Origin: Phallusia mammillata
Taxonomy: Eukaryota
Length of the DNA: 64,000 bases
NCBI GenBank assembly: GCA_965637545.1
Contig: OZ281494.1
Coordinates: 16,616,001 to 16,680,000, forward strand
Reading direction: 5' to 3'
Below the pieces are notes generated by a model that ran no database searches, was not told the DNA's origin, and saw only the letters and a program-made list of their open reading frames with translations. Positions 13,120 to 26,390 of the stretch are shown piece by piece (within the stretch, counting starts at the first letter, position 1; the number at the start of each line of letters is the position of its first letter). The position numbers were made by a program, and so were the translations under genes.

Positions 13120-14519
13120 CTACATGTGGTACAAAACGTTGTCCTTTATCTCCGGTCCCGTCTCTACCGACTTGTAAAGTTCGTTGTAAACCATTTCCGT
13201 GACGCCAACTTTGGGGGCTGCTGTTTCCACATTTGGGCCGCGTGGTACATCGTCACGTGCTTCACTGAAGGAAACTGCGTACGTATTTACGTCTTCAGCA
13301 ATTGTGTATACGTCATCAGTGTGTACTTCACCGCTTTCGTAGATGACTACTGAGTCGACTCTGGTTTGGGAAAGCGTCGCAAGCTTTGCACTAAAAACAC
13401 AATAAAATGCTGGGTTATAATTTGTTGAAGGCATACAGCTTTTGACACACCAACGCTTGTTGTGTGCAAATGTAGAACTAAATCTTACCTTTTGCGCATA
13501 CAAAATTTGGTTATCAGACCAGCGGCCAAAAGAATGAGAATGCTTCCAACAACTGCACCGATTATTATTATTATCTTACCGTCGTCTAACTGCTTGATTT
13601 TTGTATTGTTGTTACCTAAACATAAAAACATCAACAGGTTAAAGTCACGTTTATGTTTATCCCAAGCCTAAAAAACCCTACCCGACTGCGTTGATAATTC
13701 CGGAAAAGATGAATTTTGCGTTTCCGCTGAAAAAATAGTTTCGGTGGTGTTCTGGGTAACGTTTAATGTCCAAGTCGTCATTTCTGTCATGTTGAGTGTA
13801 GTTTTTATTACCGAGCTAGTTGTTTCTGTTGCTGCTGTCGATACAGTTGTAGCTAGGCAAAGGAATTTGGATTTTACCAAAAACACAACACAGAAAACAC
13901 GAATCACTTTTTAGTTGGATTTCAATTTGATATGAAAACATACCTGAGCAGTTAAGTACTTCGTATCTTGCCGTCAAAGTATGTTTTGGATTATCAGCAA
14001 CAAACATTAATTGCATTTTTGGCCAACTTTCGACAGGTCGAGTTATGTTGGTACAGCCCTGTACATTGTTTTGTTCGTCACAGGATAATTGTAACGGATC
14101 AGTAAACCGATAGCAGTCGGTAATACTCTTCGTTCTTGCACTCTTTTCTGGAATAAATAAATGAAGAACTCTAGTTTTTAAAGATATGCGTATAAATTGT
14201 TGTTTGTATTGAGGATTAATTTACCATCGGGAAAAGTAATTTGTCCGAATTTGGGGTTTCCGTGTTTGTTACGAATTTGAACGTCTCGGATTGTGAGATA
14301 AGTGCCGCTCGCCATTGTAGTTATCCATATGCAGGATTGATCACATTCACTGAGTAAAAGTTCCCCATTTTGTGCAGTCACTTTTGCCCTTGTCGAATTG
14401 ATAACTAAATTCAAAGTAATGTACTATTTACAAAGCGATTTTGCTAGCTTCTAGCACCGTTTTTAACAATTAAAACACTAACCTGTCAACAGTAAAAGAA
14501 ACATCAATCTCAGTGCCAT
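13120..14519 (-). pseudogene. R8: CUB-like receptor, class A tail, single nonsense codon
   Basis: Signal MALRLMFLLLLT. In-frame TAG at 14424-14426 (..SLCK*YITL..). Second ectodomain exon, Thr stalk, TM IIIIIGAVVGSILILLAAGLI and tail (DVYTIA, MVYNELY, KDNVLYHM*) are all open. Confidence 0.65.
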
Positions 14520-15227
14520 CATCCTGGTTTAACTTAAAATTTTAATCTTGACTTCTTGAAACTGTCGCAATCACTCTACTTGTTACAGCGTTTTTTGATT
14601 TCCTTGTTCTATACGCAATGTATACATGTCATGCCATATAAGCATTGCGTTGCACATACCGTTTTCATGATTACGCATTTCATCCTGGCCTTACCACTTG
14701 GGCTTCCTCCCAACCACTTTACATTCGACAAACGCTGTATGTCGTTAATGACTAAACATCCAACAGTATTTATTGATCAAATGCATATTTTTCTTTTAAA
14801 ATGACAAACTTTACACCTGGGTAGATTTTAAAGAAGACAGCGACTGTAACTATAGCAAAATACAGCGCTTGTTGGCCTGGCCCCTGAACGCGCATGTATC
14901 CTGTTTTATGCGTGATATTACTCAGTTTGGTTTCTGTGTAAGAAACTTGTACACGGGATAATGCCTTTCACCTATTCACAACGGAGGTGATGACGTACTG
15001 GTCGGATAGTTTGATGAAACAAAACAGCTGCTTGTCATACACATTTTAGTGGACCTTTTATTTTTTTAATTTGTCCATCTGGTAAAATACACACCTAGTT
15101 GATAAAGAATGTCAAAACGGCCAAATGTAAAAAGAGATACAAGACGATTACTGTAAGATTATTTAAGGAGCTTTAAACCACTGTAAAACAGTAACACTAT
15201 ATAACTTACATGGACCACGTGCTTTAA

Positions 15228-16620
15228 TCAACAACCATACAAAATAAATAAAAAAGGGAATATCATTGCCCTTGATAAAGTACATTGTCTTTTATTTCTG
15301 GTAGCTTGACCTCTGCCGATCTGTAGAGTTGGTTTTTAACCATTACTTTTTCGTCTTTAGTTTTGGGATGTGCAGGGTTTTGAGTTGCGTCGAGGTTTCC
15401 ATCTGGTACATACAAACAGTTGACCACCATCCCTGTCTGTTGGTTGGAATCAATATCTTCGTATTGTGCTGGTTTGGAAACATTGACTGCTGCATCATGG
15501 TTGACAGGTCGCTGTCCGCTGTTTGCATACAGTGGCTGATGTGGTATGCGCTTTCTCCTGCTGTGTAAAAAAGGACGTGCGTTTTTTACAGTTAATTTGG
15601 GTAGGGCAAATGCATTGTTTTACGAAAACAAACTACTACTCTTTCTTACCTACTGAAGATGCAAATTGTAGCCACAATAGCAATGAAAAGAATAATGCTT
15701 GCTAACCCAAGCCCCACTGCTAAGCCGGTCGAATCATACTCGTTGGATTCGGTCGTATTATACTGATTAAAATCGGTCGCATTAAACGATTCCGTTGTAC
15801 TCGCGGTGTTCAATGTTTGATGGACCGTGGTTGTATCTAAAAAAATAATGAAAACTGTTGACTTGTGATTTTCTATAATTTGGCACGCATTTTACTACAT
15901 ACTTTTGGCAAAAGATACTTTTAATTAGTCATGATTATGCGATCTCATACCTATAGGTTGTGGGAAGAAGGTATAGTTTGCCCACACAGCGTCGTTGTCG
16001 TCGGAAGACAAAAAGCGAAATTCTATCCGCCCATTGCAATTTGTAAATACTTGACAGTGTCTCGGATGGGACAACGAACAACCGCGTCCATTTTGAAGTA
16101 TATAGCATTCATTTCTAGCATTCCAGTCTATTGTCTTCTGAATGTCTGGAGTTTCCACAACAAAACAACGATAAAAAAGTTTGTGATGTTTTACTACAAA
16201 CGTCCTGGTTAACTTACTTGGTCCACACGCAATATCGAAATGTCCGTTCCTTCTGTTCACAAAGTTGGTTGTCAACGAAGTTAGTTTTATTTCCTCATTA
16301 GGTTGGAGGTTAGTTGACCACTTGCATGTTCCTTTACAGTTGCCACCGCTTTCTGTTATAACCCCACTAGGTTTCACTAATTCGGGTATGGTTAGGGACC
16401 GCATTGAATTGATAAGGCGTTTCAAATATTTATCTGACTACACGTGTTAAGCGGAAAAAATATTTTCTTGTTTTATTCGTAAAACATCAAAAATATTGTT
16501 ATGTGACTTATAAACCCTACCTCAATACCACACAACACCATACTTTCCACACTGTCTAATCTACTGGGCTGTAGTGACTTCCGTGTATTAAAAATAGTGA
16601 TACCGACACTCATCATCATT
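15228..16620 (-). CDS. R9: divergent CUB receptor, class A tail
   Basis: CUB halves ..KPSGVITESGGNCKGTCKW.. and ..IEFRFLSSDDNDAVWANY; stalk/TM exon 15651-15837 (LAVGLGLASIILFIAIVATICIF); tail AQYEDI, VVNCLY, VKNQLY. The signal exon (about 16520-16620) is uncertain. Confidence 0.65.
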
Positions 16621-17085
16621 TGTGTATTTTTAGCCTCTAGTTAAGTGGTAAGCAGGCTTTAGTAACCCTTCAATATGTCCCCATTAGTCTTGTGGAGGAA
16701 AAATGCGCATGTCAGCTTTCCATGTAAGGTTTTGTCACGATACCAATTTCCGAACAAAAACATAAATGCGTTCCCAAACAAAAAACGACTTCACACATTA
16801 CCTGTGCCTTTGTTAACATTTTTGCTGCAATTAGTTGTACTGGCTGCTAATACAGAACATTTTTGCTACCATTCATTCATTGAGAGTTTTTTCCATACTA
16901 CACCAATCAATGGCCAAATGTACCAAGTTCTTGCCCTGGTCTGTCTGCCATTTGTCTTTAGACACAAGAAAAGAAAACCGGAAGAGTTTTGGTGTACTTG
17001 CCATCGTGTTTGATTCGATGTGGTGACAATTCTTTATTCAACAGAAATTCTTTTACTTTCGCTTTTGTATTGTTTACAAGCAACA

Positions 17086-19040
17086 TTACATATGATATAA
17101 AATATTGTCTTTTACTTCCGCGTGCGAACTGACTCCATGGTACAATTGATTATCAACCATCACTGGTTCGTAATCGGTCTGGCCATCAACACCTACATTG
17201 CCACCGGCACCGCCATATTGGTAAATGCTATTGTAAACCATTTCATTTCCGTCGTTTGCGTAGGTTTTAGAAGCGGCCAATACATTATTTGAAGATGGTG
17301 TGTTTTGGCTTTGGTTACTCGCTGTTATATGACAAGCTTCTTCGTAGACGTTTTCGGTCTGAAAATTGTTGTTCGTTGGTGATTCCTTTTGTTTTCTTCT
17401 GCAAATACAAATCCGCATAATGTCACTACACCTTTACGTACTGTGTTTACTTTTAGTGTACAGGAAAAGGTTGCAGAGGGTTGTAATTAAGTATAAACGG
17501 AATGAAAAGTTTAACTTACAAACACAGCCATATTTGTTCCTAAATTATGTTCTGTTTCAGTCAAATGCCAAACCAAGATTTGATAAAGCAATGGTTAAAG
17601 AAAGCTCTTCCAAATCTGCGTGTGAGATTTTTTAGCAGGTCATGATTTCATATTTATCGCCATCGGTACATACAAGCGGAAACGCTATTTTAGGTTTGTG
17701 TACTGGTTAGACGTGAAACTATTGACTGAAAACACGAACTTTTTGTTCTTGTAAAACATAATTGCCACAGCAACGAGTATGAGGAGTAACACGAAGGCAA
17801 CTGCCAATCCCGCTATTAGTCCGACACTTATTGAGTTTCCGAGTAATTTCGCGTCTGTAACAGTTGTATCTAAAAACAACACGTTGGGTTATACCAGTAA
17901 TATAACATAAATCACAAAACTACTGACTGGAAATTTCTGTAGTAATTTCATTGGTCGTATTAAAACGGGTTGAAGAGATCGGTGTAGTACTTCCCGAACT
18001 TGAAGCCGTCGTGGCTTTTAAGGTTGTTGTACTTCTTGTAGGTGCTTAAAATGAAATGAAATCGTTCTTTTTTAATACTGCGCATGACCAGTTACTGATG
18101 GCTTACAAGTTTGTATCGGCGTAGTGGTGGTGGTGGTTGACTGCAGTGTTGTACTGGTTACTTTCTTAGTCGTAGTTGACTTGGAAGTTGTGGTTGTCAC
18201 TTTTGTGGTCGTACTTGGGGTAGCTGCAAAACATGAAGCACGCGTTTGTCTTGAACATGTGCTTTTCGTACTATACATTTTTTACATATTCAATCAATGC
18301 GTAAATCATACTTCTACCTTAATTAGTACTTACGTTTTGCGCAATCGTACACTGTGTATCGAAAAGATAAGTTGTCCTTTTTATTGGTCGGTTTATACGA
18401 CAGCTTTATACTATTCCAGTTTGGGGGACGTTCGATATCCGGATTTGAGCAAAGGTCGGAATTCGGATGATTACACACTTGCTGGTTGTCGTTCACGTAA
18501 ATAGTGCATGCCCCATTCTTTTGAGTTGTGTCGACTACAAAATAGTGTGTTTAAACAATTGTTTTTCGCTGTACATTGTTTGTTCTGGTTGGCTTAAACT
18601 ACTTACGTTCTTACTCAGTTTCATTGCTAACGCGGTAAAATGGCAGGTTAGAATATACGTTCTGACACAGAGTCACACTGAACATTTCAGCTTTTTCTTA
18701 GTCAATGCTTTCCCTAATCTAAGCAATACATTTATTTAACGAAATCACAGTTCTGTTGAAACTCACTGCCAGTTTGTAGCAGCTCATCGTACAACATAAG
18801 TCGACTCCCATGTTTAGGCGACAGTGTCCAAATGCATTCATCATTACAATCTGCAGCAGAGGTTTCAATTTTTCCGTTTCCGGTGACTTCAAGGTGCTCG
18901 TTTTTCGTGCAATATTTACCTTAGTTTACAAAGTTAGTTTTGCACCCTGCCACTAGAGAGTGTGCATAACAGTATTCAAGTCAACTTACGTGTGCACCGA
19001 TAAAACAAATTGCGTCTTGTGCATTCACACGACAGCATGT
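17086..19040 (-). pseudogene. R10: CUB-like receptor with long mucin stalk, class A tail, nonsense codon
   Basis: In-frame TAA at 18921-18923 early in the first ectodomain exon (..FVN*GKYCTKNE..DECIW). There are two Thr-rich stalk exons, TM ISVGLIAGLAVAFVLLLILVAVAIMF, and tail NVYEEA, MVYNSIY, VDNQLY, KDNILYHM*. Confidence 0.6.
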
Positions 19041-19878
19041 CGTAACCTCGAGACAGAGAAACAGCTTTCTTAGTTTCTTTCCGCTTGTTCTTTTTGCCCA
19101 ACTCACAACCTTTACCAAGATACGCCACTTGTATTCACTGAACTGCGTTTTTACTTCAAATTATTAAAGACCTTTCAAAGTTCTATTCAATTGTGAATTG
19201 TGCAACTCCTGAAACGCTTTTCTGTAATGGTGCTTGTCGGCTTGTAACTTAGTGCTACTGCCCCTTGGTAGTTAGTAAAATCGTGCTTCGACGCACCGGA
19301 AAACCACCATCGGTTCATATTAAGTTGGCGAATAATTACGACCCAGTTTGCATGATTTATTGAACGACTTGTGATGATAACCTTATATTGACAATGTTAT
19401 GCAAACTGGGTAAAGTATTGGTTTCCGATTGTACTTTACAGTATTACAAGTTTGGAATCGTTTATTTCCAGGAATATACAGATCAAATATATTTAGTTTA
19501 TGCAAGCATCTTCACTGAAGATGTACGATAGCCAACTGATTTTAGCCTGGAAATAAACGTTTCCAAACTTGGGATATACGATATGAAAGGGTGAAAACTT
19601 TGCAAGAAGGGTAACAGAAAAGGAAATGTTTTCCAGAATCAATCAATTTACTAGCATTTACTTCACAGTAATTGATTTGCCACTTTCGAAAAAAACACGA
19701 AAGTGATGAAACTTGGTCGATTTAAGAATTACATTTAAACGGCGAAATAATCAACAAGGTTGTAATGGCACAAAAGTTGACACGATTGCAAAGGTATAAA
19801 CCCGATCCGGCTTATGTCGTTTTGCGAATGCGTAAACGAAACACAGCGCTTGAATTACAGCGACACAACCCAATAACG

Positions 19879-21680
19879 CTAAATGACCATAAATTTTTTT
19901 TTTACTTGAGCATACACATCAGTTACTGGAGTTTCTTCAACTAAGCTACGTTCTTGGTTGCCATGTATAGAAATGTAGTCAGGGCTTCCATTGGTGATAA
20001 TGTTCCTGGGCCTAACTTCGGCACAGCTGTAATAAATTGTCGGGTCTGATACCGCCGTTGACACAGTTGGAAGATAGTCCTTTTTAACACTGTTTTGACG
20101 CTTCCGCCTTTAAAATGAGCAAAGTTTTCAATTACGTTTTTTTTTTTGAAATAAGAACCGTGAATTTCTGCTACCCTTCAACTGGCGTTTAGTTTAACTT
20201 CCGTTAATAAAGAAAGCCAAACATAATGGTGAAAATAACGGCCCAAATAGACGTAAAAAGCGACATGCTTTATATTTTAAACGTTTAGGGCCTAAGAAAA
20301 TGCTCATGCCATCATCAGTAATATGAAGGCCACATCAGTTGAAATATATACCTTTTTTTAACGGAAGTTATACTAAACGCCAGTTGAAGGATAGCACGGA
20401 TCAGTTACACGTCTATACAACCTTGTTAGATTTTACCTAAAGCACATATATTTTTCTTTACCTTTTCAAAGTTAGAAAAGTGATACTTGCAGCCATTGCA
20501 ATTAGGATGCAACCAGTTATGGGAAGGGCCACTTTTATAGCTGTGTCATCTCCTCCTCCGCTCAAAACCGTTGAGTTAGACACGTTTAAACCTAAAAAAA
20601 TTCTAAAGTTGCTTGATTAAAATTAAGTTAGTTGATTTACTTAAATTTAATAAAAACGAACTTCAAATGAACCAAATTTTTCAGTGTTCTCAAAGCTTGG
20701 GCGCAAACTTATTTTGCTGTCTTGTATATTTTTATATCATGAGTACAAGTAATGTTTTGCCCTTAAAGAAAATTAACTTTGTCCGGTCCCAGCACTTCGC
20801 TTTTTTAGATACTAGCTTACTCGATAGCTGCAACATTCTGTAGGTCATATGAACTGATCGGAAATTAGAACCCTTCGAGTACAAAGCAATCGTGTGCAGA
20901 GGGTTTGTGATTTGTATGTACTCCAACTTGGAACACATTCCTTTCACTTTTTTCCACACTTCGGGTGTTGTGATTTGCTGCGTCGAAAGCGCGAAACACA
21001 GCATGTTGGGTCTATTACCACACAGTCGAAAAACGTCACCCTCTACAGTTTCCTCTGCAAAATGGTCAAAGATATTTACCCCTTGATATCAAAGCAATTG
21101 CGTTTGGTTGCACAAAACAACAAAAACAGTCAAAACACAACAATAAAGTTACTCCAAGCGATATATTCTCTTTTCTTTTTTCTCCAAGTTTTACTCGAAT
21201 CACTATTTAAAATATACCGTTTGGTAAAGCTAAACTACAAATCCTATTACCTTTGGTCAAACTGAGGTATCCTGTGCAAAACGTATCGCGACCAAGGCGC
21301 TTGTCAATGCAATAACCATCTGTACAGTCGTTAACTTTTAGATTCATGGTCAGGATTCTGATGACTAATACAGCACCACCAGAACTAAGATCAAATGTCC
21401 ATGAACAGGGTTCTGAATAACTCTCCCAAAATCCCACAGATATTTTTTGACGTCCGATCATCGTCTTGCTGCATGTTGTGTTTATTAGATTAGTTCCTGT
21501 AGTTTTACCACCGCATGCTGAATAAACACAAAAGGTTCATGACCTCGAAGAAAGGAAAACGTTCTTTATAAATGAAAACATTATGTTGCATGATTTTACA
21601 AATTTACCTGTCTTACCTGCAGTTATGGCAGCCAATATCAACACTAACTTTTTGTCGAAAATAAGTTTGCTTCTAGACAT
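19879..21680 (-). CDS. R11: CUB receptor with ITIM-like tail
   Basis: Signal MSRSKLIFDKKLVLILAAITA; CUB halves (..EPCSWTF.., ..RLCGNRPNMLCFA..); TM VALPITGCILIAMAASITFLTL; tail PDYISI, TDVYAQVKK. All exons are in frame. Confidence 0.8.
20169..20396. mobile_element. Small MITE-like inverted-repeat element in the R11 TM-tail intron
   Basis: About 39-bp terminal inverted repeats with 2 mismatches (tgctacccttcaactggcgtttagtttaacttccgttaa / ttaacggaagttatactaaacgccagttgaaggatagca). A TA duplication is possible (Tc1/mariner-like). Confidence 0.65.
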
Positions 21681-22477
21681 GTCTTACAAACTGTTGGTCC
21701 CCTTGTGTGCGTGTTGTTCAAAGTGGAACGATTGTCTTGTGTTGTCGTTATAGACACTTTCATGCTAATTTGTCTCGTTAGTGATGACGCTGTCTACATT
21801 ACTATTACTATTTTTCTTCCTCGAAATTGTAATCAATTAATTGTAATTTAAAAAATTATGGCATAATGAAAATAAAAGACGCAATTATCAAGAACTAATG
21901 ATTTTAAACTTAAATTATTAGTTATGTAAAGTTAATGTGTTTTTCCAATGGGATGTACAAATGGATACACTTTGGTCAATCCAAAAATTGCTTACCACCC
22001 ATTGTGCCAAATATGCCTTTTGAGATGAGCTTTACCAACATAACACGTATGTGAACAATGGGTCCTTACTTTCCAAAAGCATCATATCCGCTTAATCATG
22101 TTTCCTGTAAGGTTGACGTATTTCTACGTAATACATGTGTGTGAGGTCAAACTGCCCACACTTCAGGTTACACAATGCTCGAATGCTATTTCCAGCACCA
22201 TACCAGTTTGGATTAAAATAACTATTAGTTTCGAATACATACTCTGGCACATAATTGACTCACTTCATTATTTACACCACTTCCAATGATAATCATATAC
22301 TTTCAGTTATCGAATAATGACAAATGTATGTACAGTAAAAAAAACATAGTAAAAATATGTGAATTTTTATCATTGTAAGGAATAAAGTTGTCACTGTACA
22401 CAATTTTTTATCATTGTACACAATAAAGTTGACAATATGTCATTTAGTTCACAATGTCATTATCTGTCACTTATTTT

Positions 22478-24003
22478 TCAAGACTTGTCAACTACAGAGT
22501 AGGTAGCTTCATCTTGCGCAAGTTCCACTCCTCTGTGACTTTTTACTGTCCCACGAAAGGTATAAAGAATATTGTCAACCATTCGAGGTTTGTTTACTTC
22601 AGTATAAACGTCACCACTCGATGTTGTTGGGGTTTCTTTAGGAAATACAGGACTCTCTGGTTTTTGTGTTTCACTTGCACTCTCATTCTTTAAGTCATTT
22701 TTGCCAGCCGCTATATTGTATGTTGAGCTGTAAGCGTTTTCCTGGTCCACAGAGGATAGATTTTGATAACGCGAATCAACATAAGCAACTGCAGGTGATT
22801 CGTCAACTCTTGTTGGAGTGTTTTGGAATGGCTTGCGGCGTTGCGTAGTTTTTTGCTTTTTCCACCTGCAGACGTTAATAAACCTTTACATATATTACAA
22901 GATCTAATCAATTATACGAATTCCTACCTAACAAAACATATCACTACCACCACAATAACGAGCAACAAAACTCCGACCGATGCCCCGATTGCTGCAGCGA
23001 GTATCGTGGAATTGTCAGAATATGTTCCAGTCGTGCTTTCACCTGAAAAGGCTTTGTACACCGTTTACGGTAAAATACGTGTTTTATACAAAAGGCCAGG
23101 TTGAGCGAATTTTATTTAAATAAAGACAGTCGTTGGTTGCAAAAATCGAATCTTCATTTGTAAAAAAAACACCAAAAGTAGCTTTACCTGTTGATTTTGT
23201 AGATAACCTGGTCGTGGTGGTTGTTGCGTGAAAAGGTGAATCTAAAATAAGACTTGGTGTGGTATGTGGTAAAAATATAAATTACCTTTACTTTTTTTAA
23301 GTTACCTGTTATGTTCACAATGTAATACTTTAATCCGAATCCGAGTTGGTTTGTATCTTGTCCGTCCGAATAGAAATATACTGTCCATCGTGGTTTACTT
23401 GACCTTAGCAAAGTAGTGTTTGTGCAATTTAGTGCGTCTTTCCATTTGTCCAGTTGTTTACTTGAAATGTTTGTGCCATGAATCACGTAACACTCGCCTC
23501 CTTGCGTCTCTCCGCACAAATTTAATAAATCTGTTTCATTGTGGTCTGCAACATATTCACACATTTCGAATACAGTTTAGATGGTATTTTATTGCACTTA
23601 CCTTCTGTAAACGTTAGATGGTCTACGCATGAGCAATTGTATACGTCTTTGTTTTGACAAAAAAGTTTGTTGTTTCTCTTAATTTGCAAATAGTTGACGT
23701 GTATTATCATTAGTTCGTAAGTTACATCGATAGCAAACTTCCATTTACACGCTTGGTTAACTGGATAAGTTTTATCTGTTCCGTTTTTTTGTGGGGACCT
23801 AATGCTTCCATTCTTTTCTGTTATATATCCGTCTGTTACGTTGCATGTTAGTTGCGTCGCTTTTACATCAGCTGCAAGCACAAGAAATTGCAGTAATTTA
23901 AATGTTTGGAAATTACCCATGATATGAGTTTGCTAATAATAATAAATTTGATTTAACCTTTCTTACCAATGAGAATAGTCACGGCTGTCAATAGAAACAT
24001 CAT
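22478..24003 (-). CDS. R12: 8-Cys CUB receptor (ectodomain type X), class A multi-ITIM tail
   Basis: Signal MMFLLTAVTILI; CUB TCN..NGSIRSP..TYPVNQACKW..DHL / NLCG..YFYSDGQDTNQLGFGLKYY; stalk; TM ILAAAIGASVGVLLLVIVVVVICFV; tail SRYQNL, DVYTEV, VDNILY, ATYSVV. Confidence 0.85.
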
Positions 24004-24189
24004 TTTGAGGTTGCATGTACAACCAAACTTGTGGACCGACAAAACACTAGAAAAACTAACTGATTTTTCTGCCTAACAACTAAAGCAAGTTGGTTCCTAA
24101 AGTTTTCCTTCGGACTATTCGTTGTAACTTTAAAACTACACGCTGGCTCATGTCGCTAGCCAAACTAATAACTACACATATATTGCTCA

Positions 24190-24471
24190 TCATCTGCGTG
24201 ACGACATGTTAGGTTTCCAGGTTGCAGTGAGGTTGTATGAATCAGGTGTAAAATCTAATTGTATAGTGACAGTCTTGGTTCGAATGTAATGTGTCATTGG
24301 TTGCGACGTATTGTTTTTATTCCACACTTTCATTGACCCTGAAATCCAGTGGCTCTTAACTCGTTTTAGGCTAGTGACCACCATTTGAATCAAATGAATT
24401 TTGTAGACCAGCCCATTGTTAAATGGGGACAGAGAAAGCATCCACAACAAGCATATTGACTTGAAATACAT
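24190..24471 (-). pseudogene. Possible relic CUB C-terminal exon
   Basis: Open frame ending ..YIRTKTVTIQLDFTPDSYNLTATWK, resembling CUB C-terminal strands. No partner exons were found. Confidence 0.25.
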
Positions 24472-25365
24472 TCTTTCAAAACAGAATTCGGAGAAGTTAT
24501 ATCAAACTACTTTACACCTAACGATAAATGTTTTTTTGTACGAAACGTTGAATGAACTGTGGCCTATTTGTAATTTTTCACCAAATATACTTAACGTCCT
24601 GTGGACCACCGAAAAAATCATTATGGACCACCAGGTGGGAACCATTGTTGCAATCGTTGCAGAACCTATATTATTTTGGGGCGTTTACTGAGTTTAGGTG
24701 AGCAAAGTATTGAAAAATACGGTACAGTTTAAAAAAAAAAATCCAACTCGCATCAGTCGAGTAGTTGTGGATGACTTAGTGTTAAACTTTGTTAAGTTTT
24801 TACAGTATTATTTTTAAATATCATTTCGAAGCAGTTAATTTTTATGAACGCGTTTAAAACCTCAAAACACCATCAATGTTTGTTTTTTTGTTAACTGTTT
24901 TGTTCTGGTGTTTTAGTATCACCGTTTACACCGTTAATATGAGATGCTAAAAATGACGTAATGTTTCGATGCAACACGTACTTAGATGCTTTAATAATAA
25001 TAAAACAACTGTTTCTTCCCAAAAAGCAAAACTACAAACCCAACCGGGTTTCTCTTCTCTCTAAGACCAAACAACAATTTTTGTATTTCGGTTGAAAGAG
25101 CCTCTGATTTTGTTGAGTTTCAAGTAACTTAAAGCTTATGCAATCAACACCATCAACTAGGAATGTGCTTATGAACAGCTTTATACACAGCATATTTTCT
25201 AGCGTTTGGTGTGTAATAATATATTTTGTTGGACTGTAAGCACCTGGATTCGCACGGTAGCTTGCGCAACAAAATATTAGTTCATATGTTTTGTCCTAAA
25301 ATGATAGTGTAATGTAAAGGTTGATAGCCTACTTAAAGTATTATAGGATACTTTGCTTTTTTTAT

Positions 25366-26000
25366 TTGCCTGCAGTTACAATAACAATAAAATACCTAAC
25401 CAGAATCTAAATTGGTTCGTATCGTGACTGTCCGAATAGAAATTACCCGACCATAGTTGTTTACTAGATCAGTGTGGTCCAACTTTATTTTGTTGCGGGC
25501 CATTTAAAATCGTTAACTTACTACGCGGGCCAAGGTTTAAATTTTTGCAGGAAAAACCTTTTTCTGGGCCAACTCTAGGGTAACTATACACCTTTTTTAC
25601 CTATAGATAAGTTTATTTTTATACTTTATAGTTATTTACTCAGTAGAAGCTGTCAAAAATATTCAGTTTCCACTCTAGCGCAGAAATGCCCCTGAACGGT
25701 TTGGAGAAGCAGAACCCTTTATTACATAACAATGCCTTGTCATGCGTCACAATAGGAGATTTTATAGCATTTAGTGTGCGTTAATCCTGATATATTAAAA
25801 ACATTGAATTACTGAAGACAAAACTTATAGTTGTCATTAAAATGTTGGGACTTTCGCGGGCCAACAAAATTATCTCGCGGGCCACAATTGGCCCGCGGGC
25901 CTGCAGTTGGACCACGCTGTACTAGATCAACAAAGTTGTGCTTTTACAATTAAATTCCTCTGTCCATTTATCTCGTTGTTTTTGTAACATATGGGTGCTA
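25366..26000 (-). pseudogene. Relic type-X CUB exon interrupted by a hAT MITE
   Basis: With 25470-25927 removed, the sequence aligns by eye with R12 exon 23305-23500 (tccgaatagaaat, tccattt shared; translation ..NFYSDSHDTNQF..) but contains stops. Confidence 0.6.
25470..25919. mobile_element. Non-autonomous hAT MITE, 450 bp
   Basis: 14-bp TIR cagtgtggtccaac / gttggaccacgctg, perfect 8-bp TSD tactagat (25462-25469 and 25920-25927), and subterminal gcgggcc motifs. Confidence 0.95.
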
Positions 26001-26390
26001 TGAAGAAATCAGTTCACTTTAACACTAGTTTTAAATAGTATACGAAGTTTACTTTATACTTTCCTACCGATTAGAAAAACCAAAATTGTAAATAAAAACA
26101 TCAGTTTTCTTTTGCAGAATTTGTCGGAAACGCACTATGTAAAAAACAAGTTGGTATGTGTTGCAATTAGCTGCTTATCATGTTATTATCCTAATATATA
26201 ATGGTCGAATTGTTTGTTCCTCTTATTTTTTCTTCGACATGAAAACATACAAAAGTAAATTGAAAATTGTCTGTTGACGTGATAATATTGTACAATAACG
26301 CATGTAAAAAATAGTGATGGTATCTGTGTTGTTGACATAGGTTTCATCACTAAAAGTTTTAAACTAGAGGGTGACATTCTTTAGTTGTGA

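Noticed and set aside
14560-15060. Exon-like scraps between R8 and R9 (hydrophobic ALYFAIVTVAVFFKIY)
   Set aside because: Too degraded to assemble into a model.
19341-19411. 13-bp perfect inverted repeat acccagtttgcat / atgcaaactgggt
   Set aside because: It is isolated and short, with no TSD or second copy; probably a transposon scar or chance.
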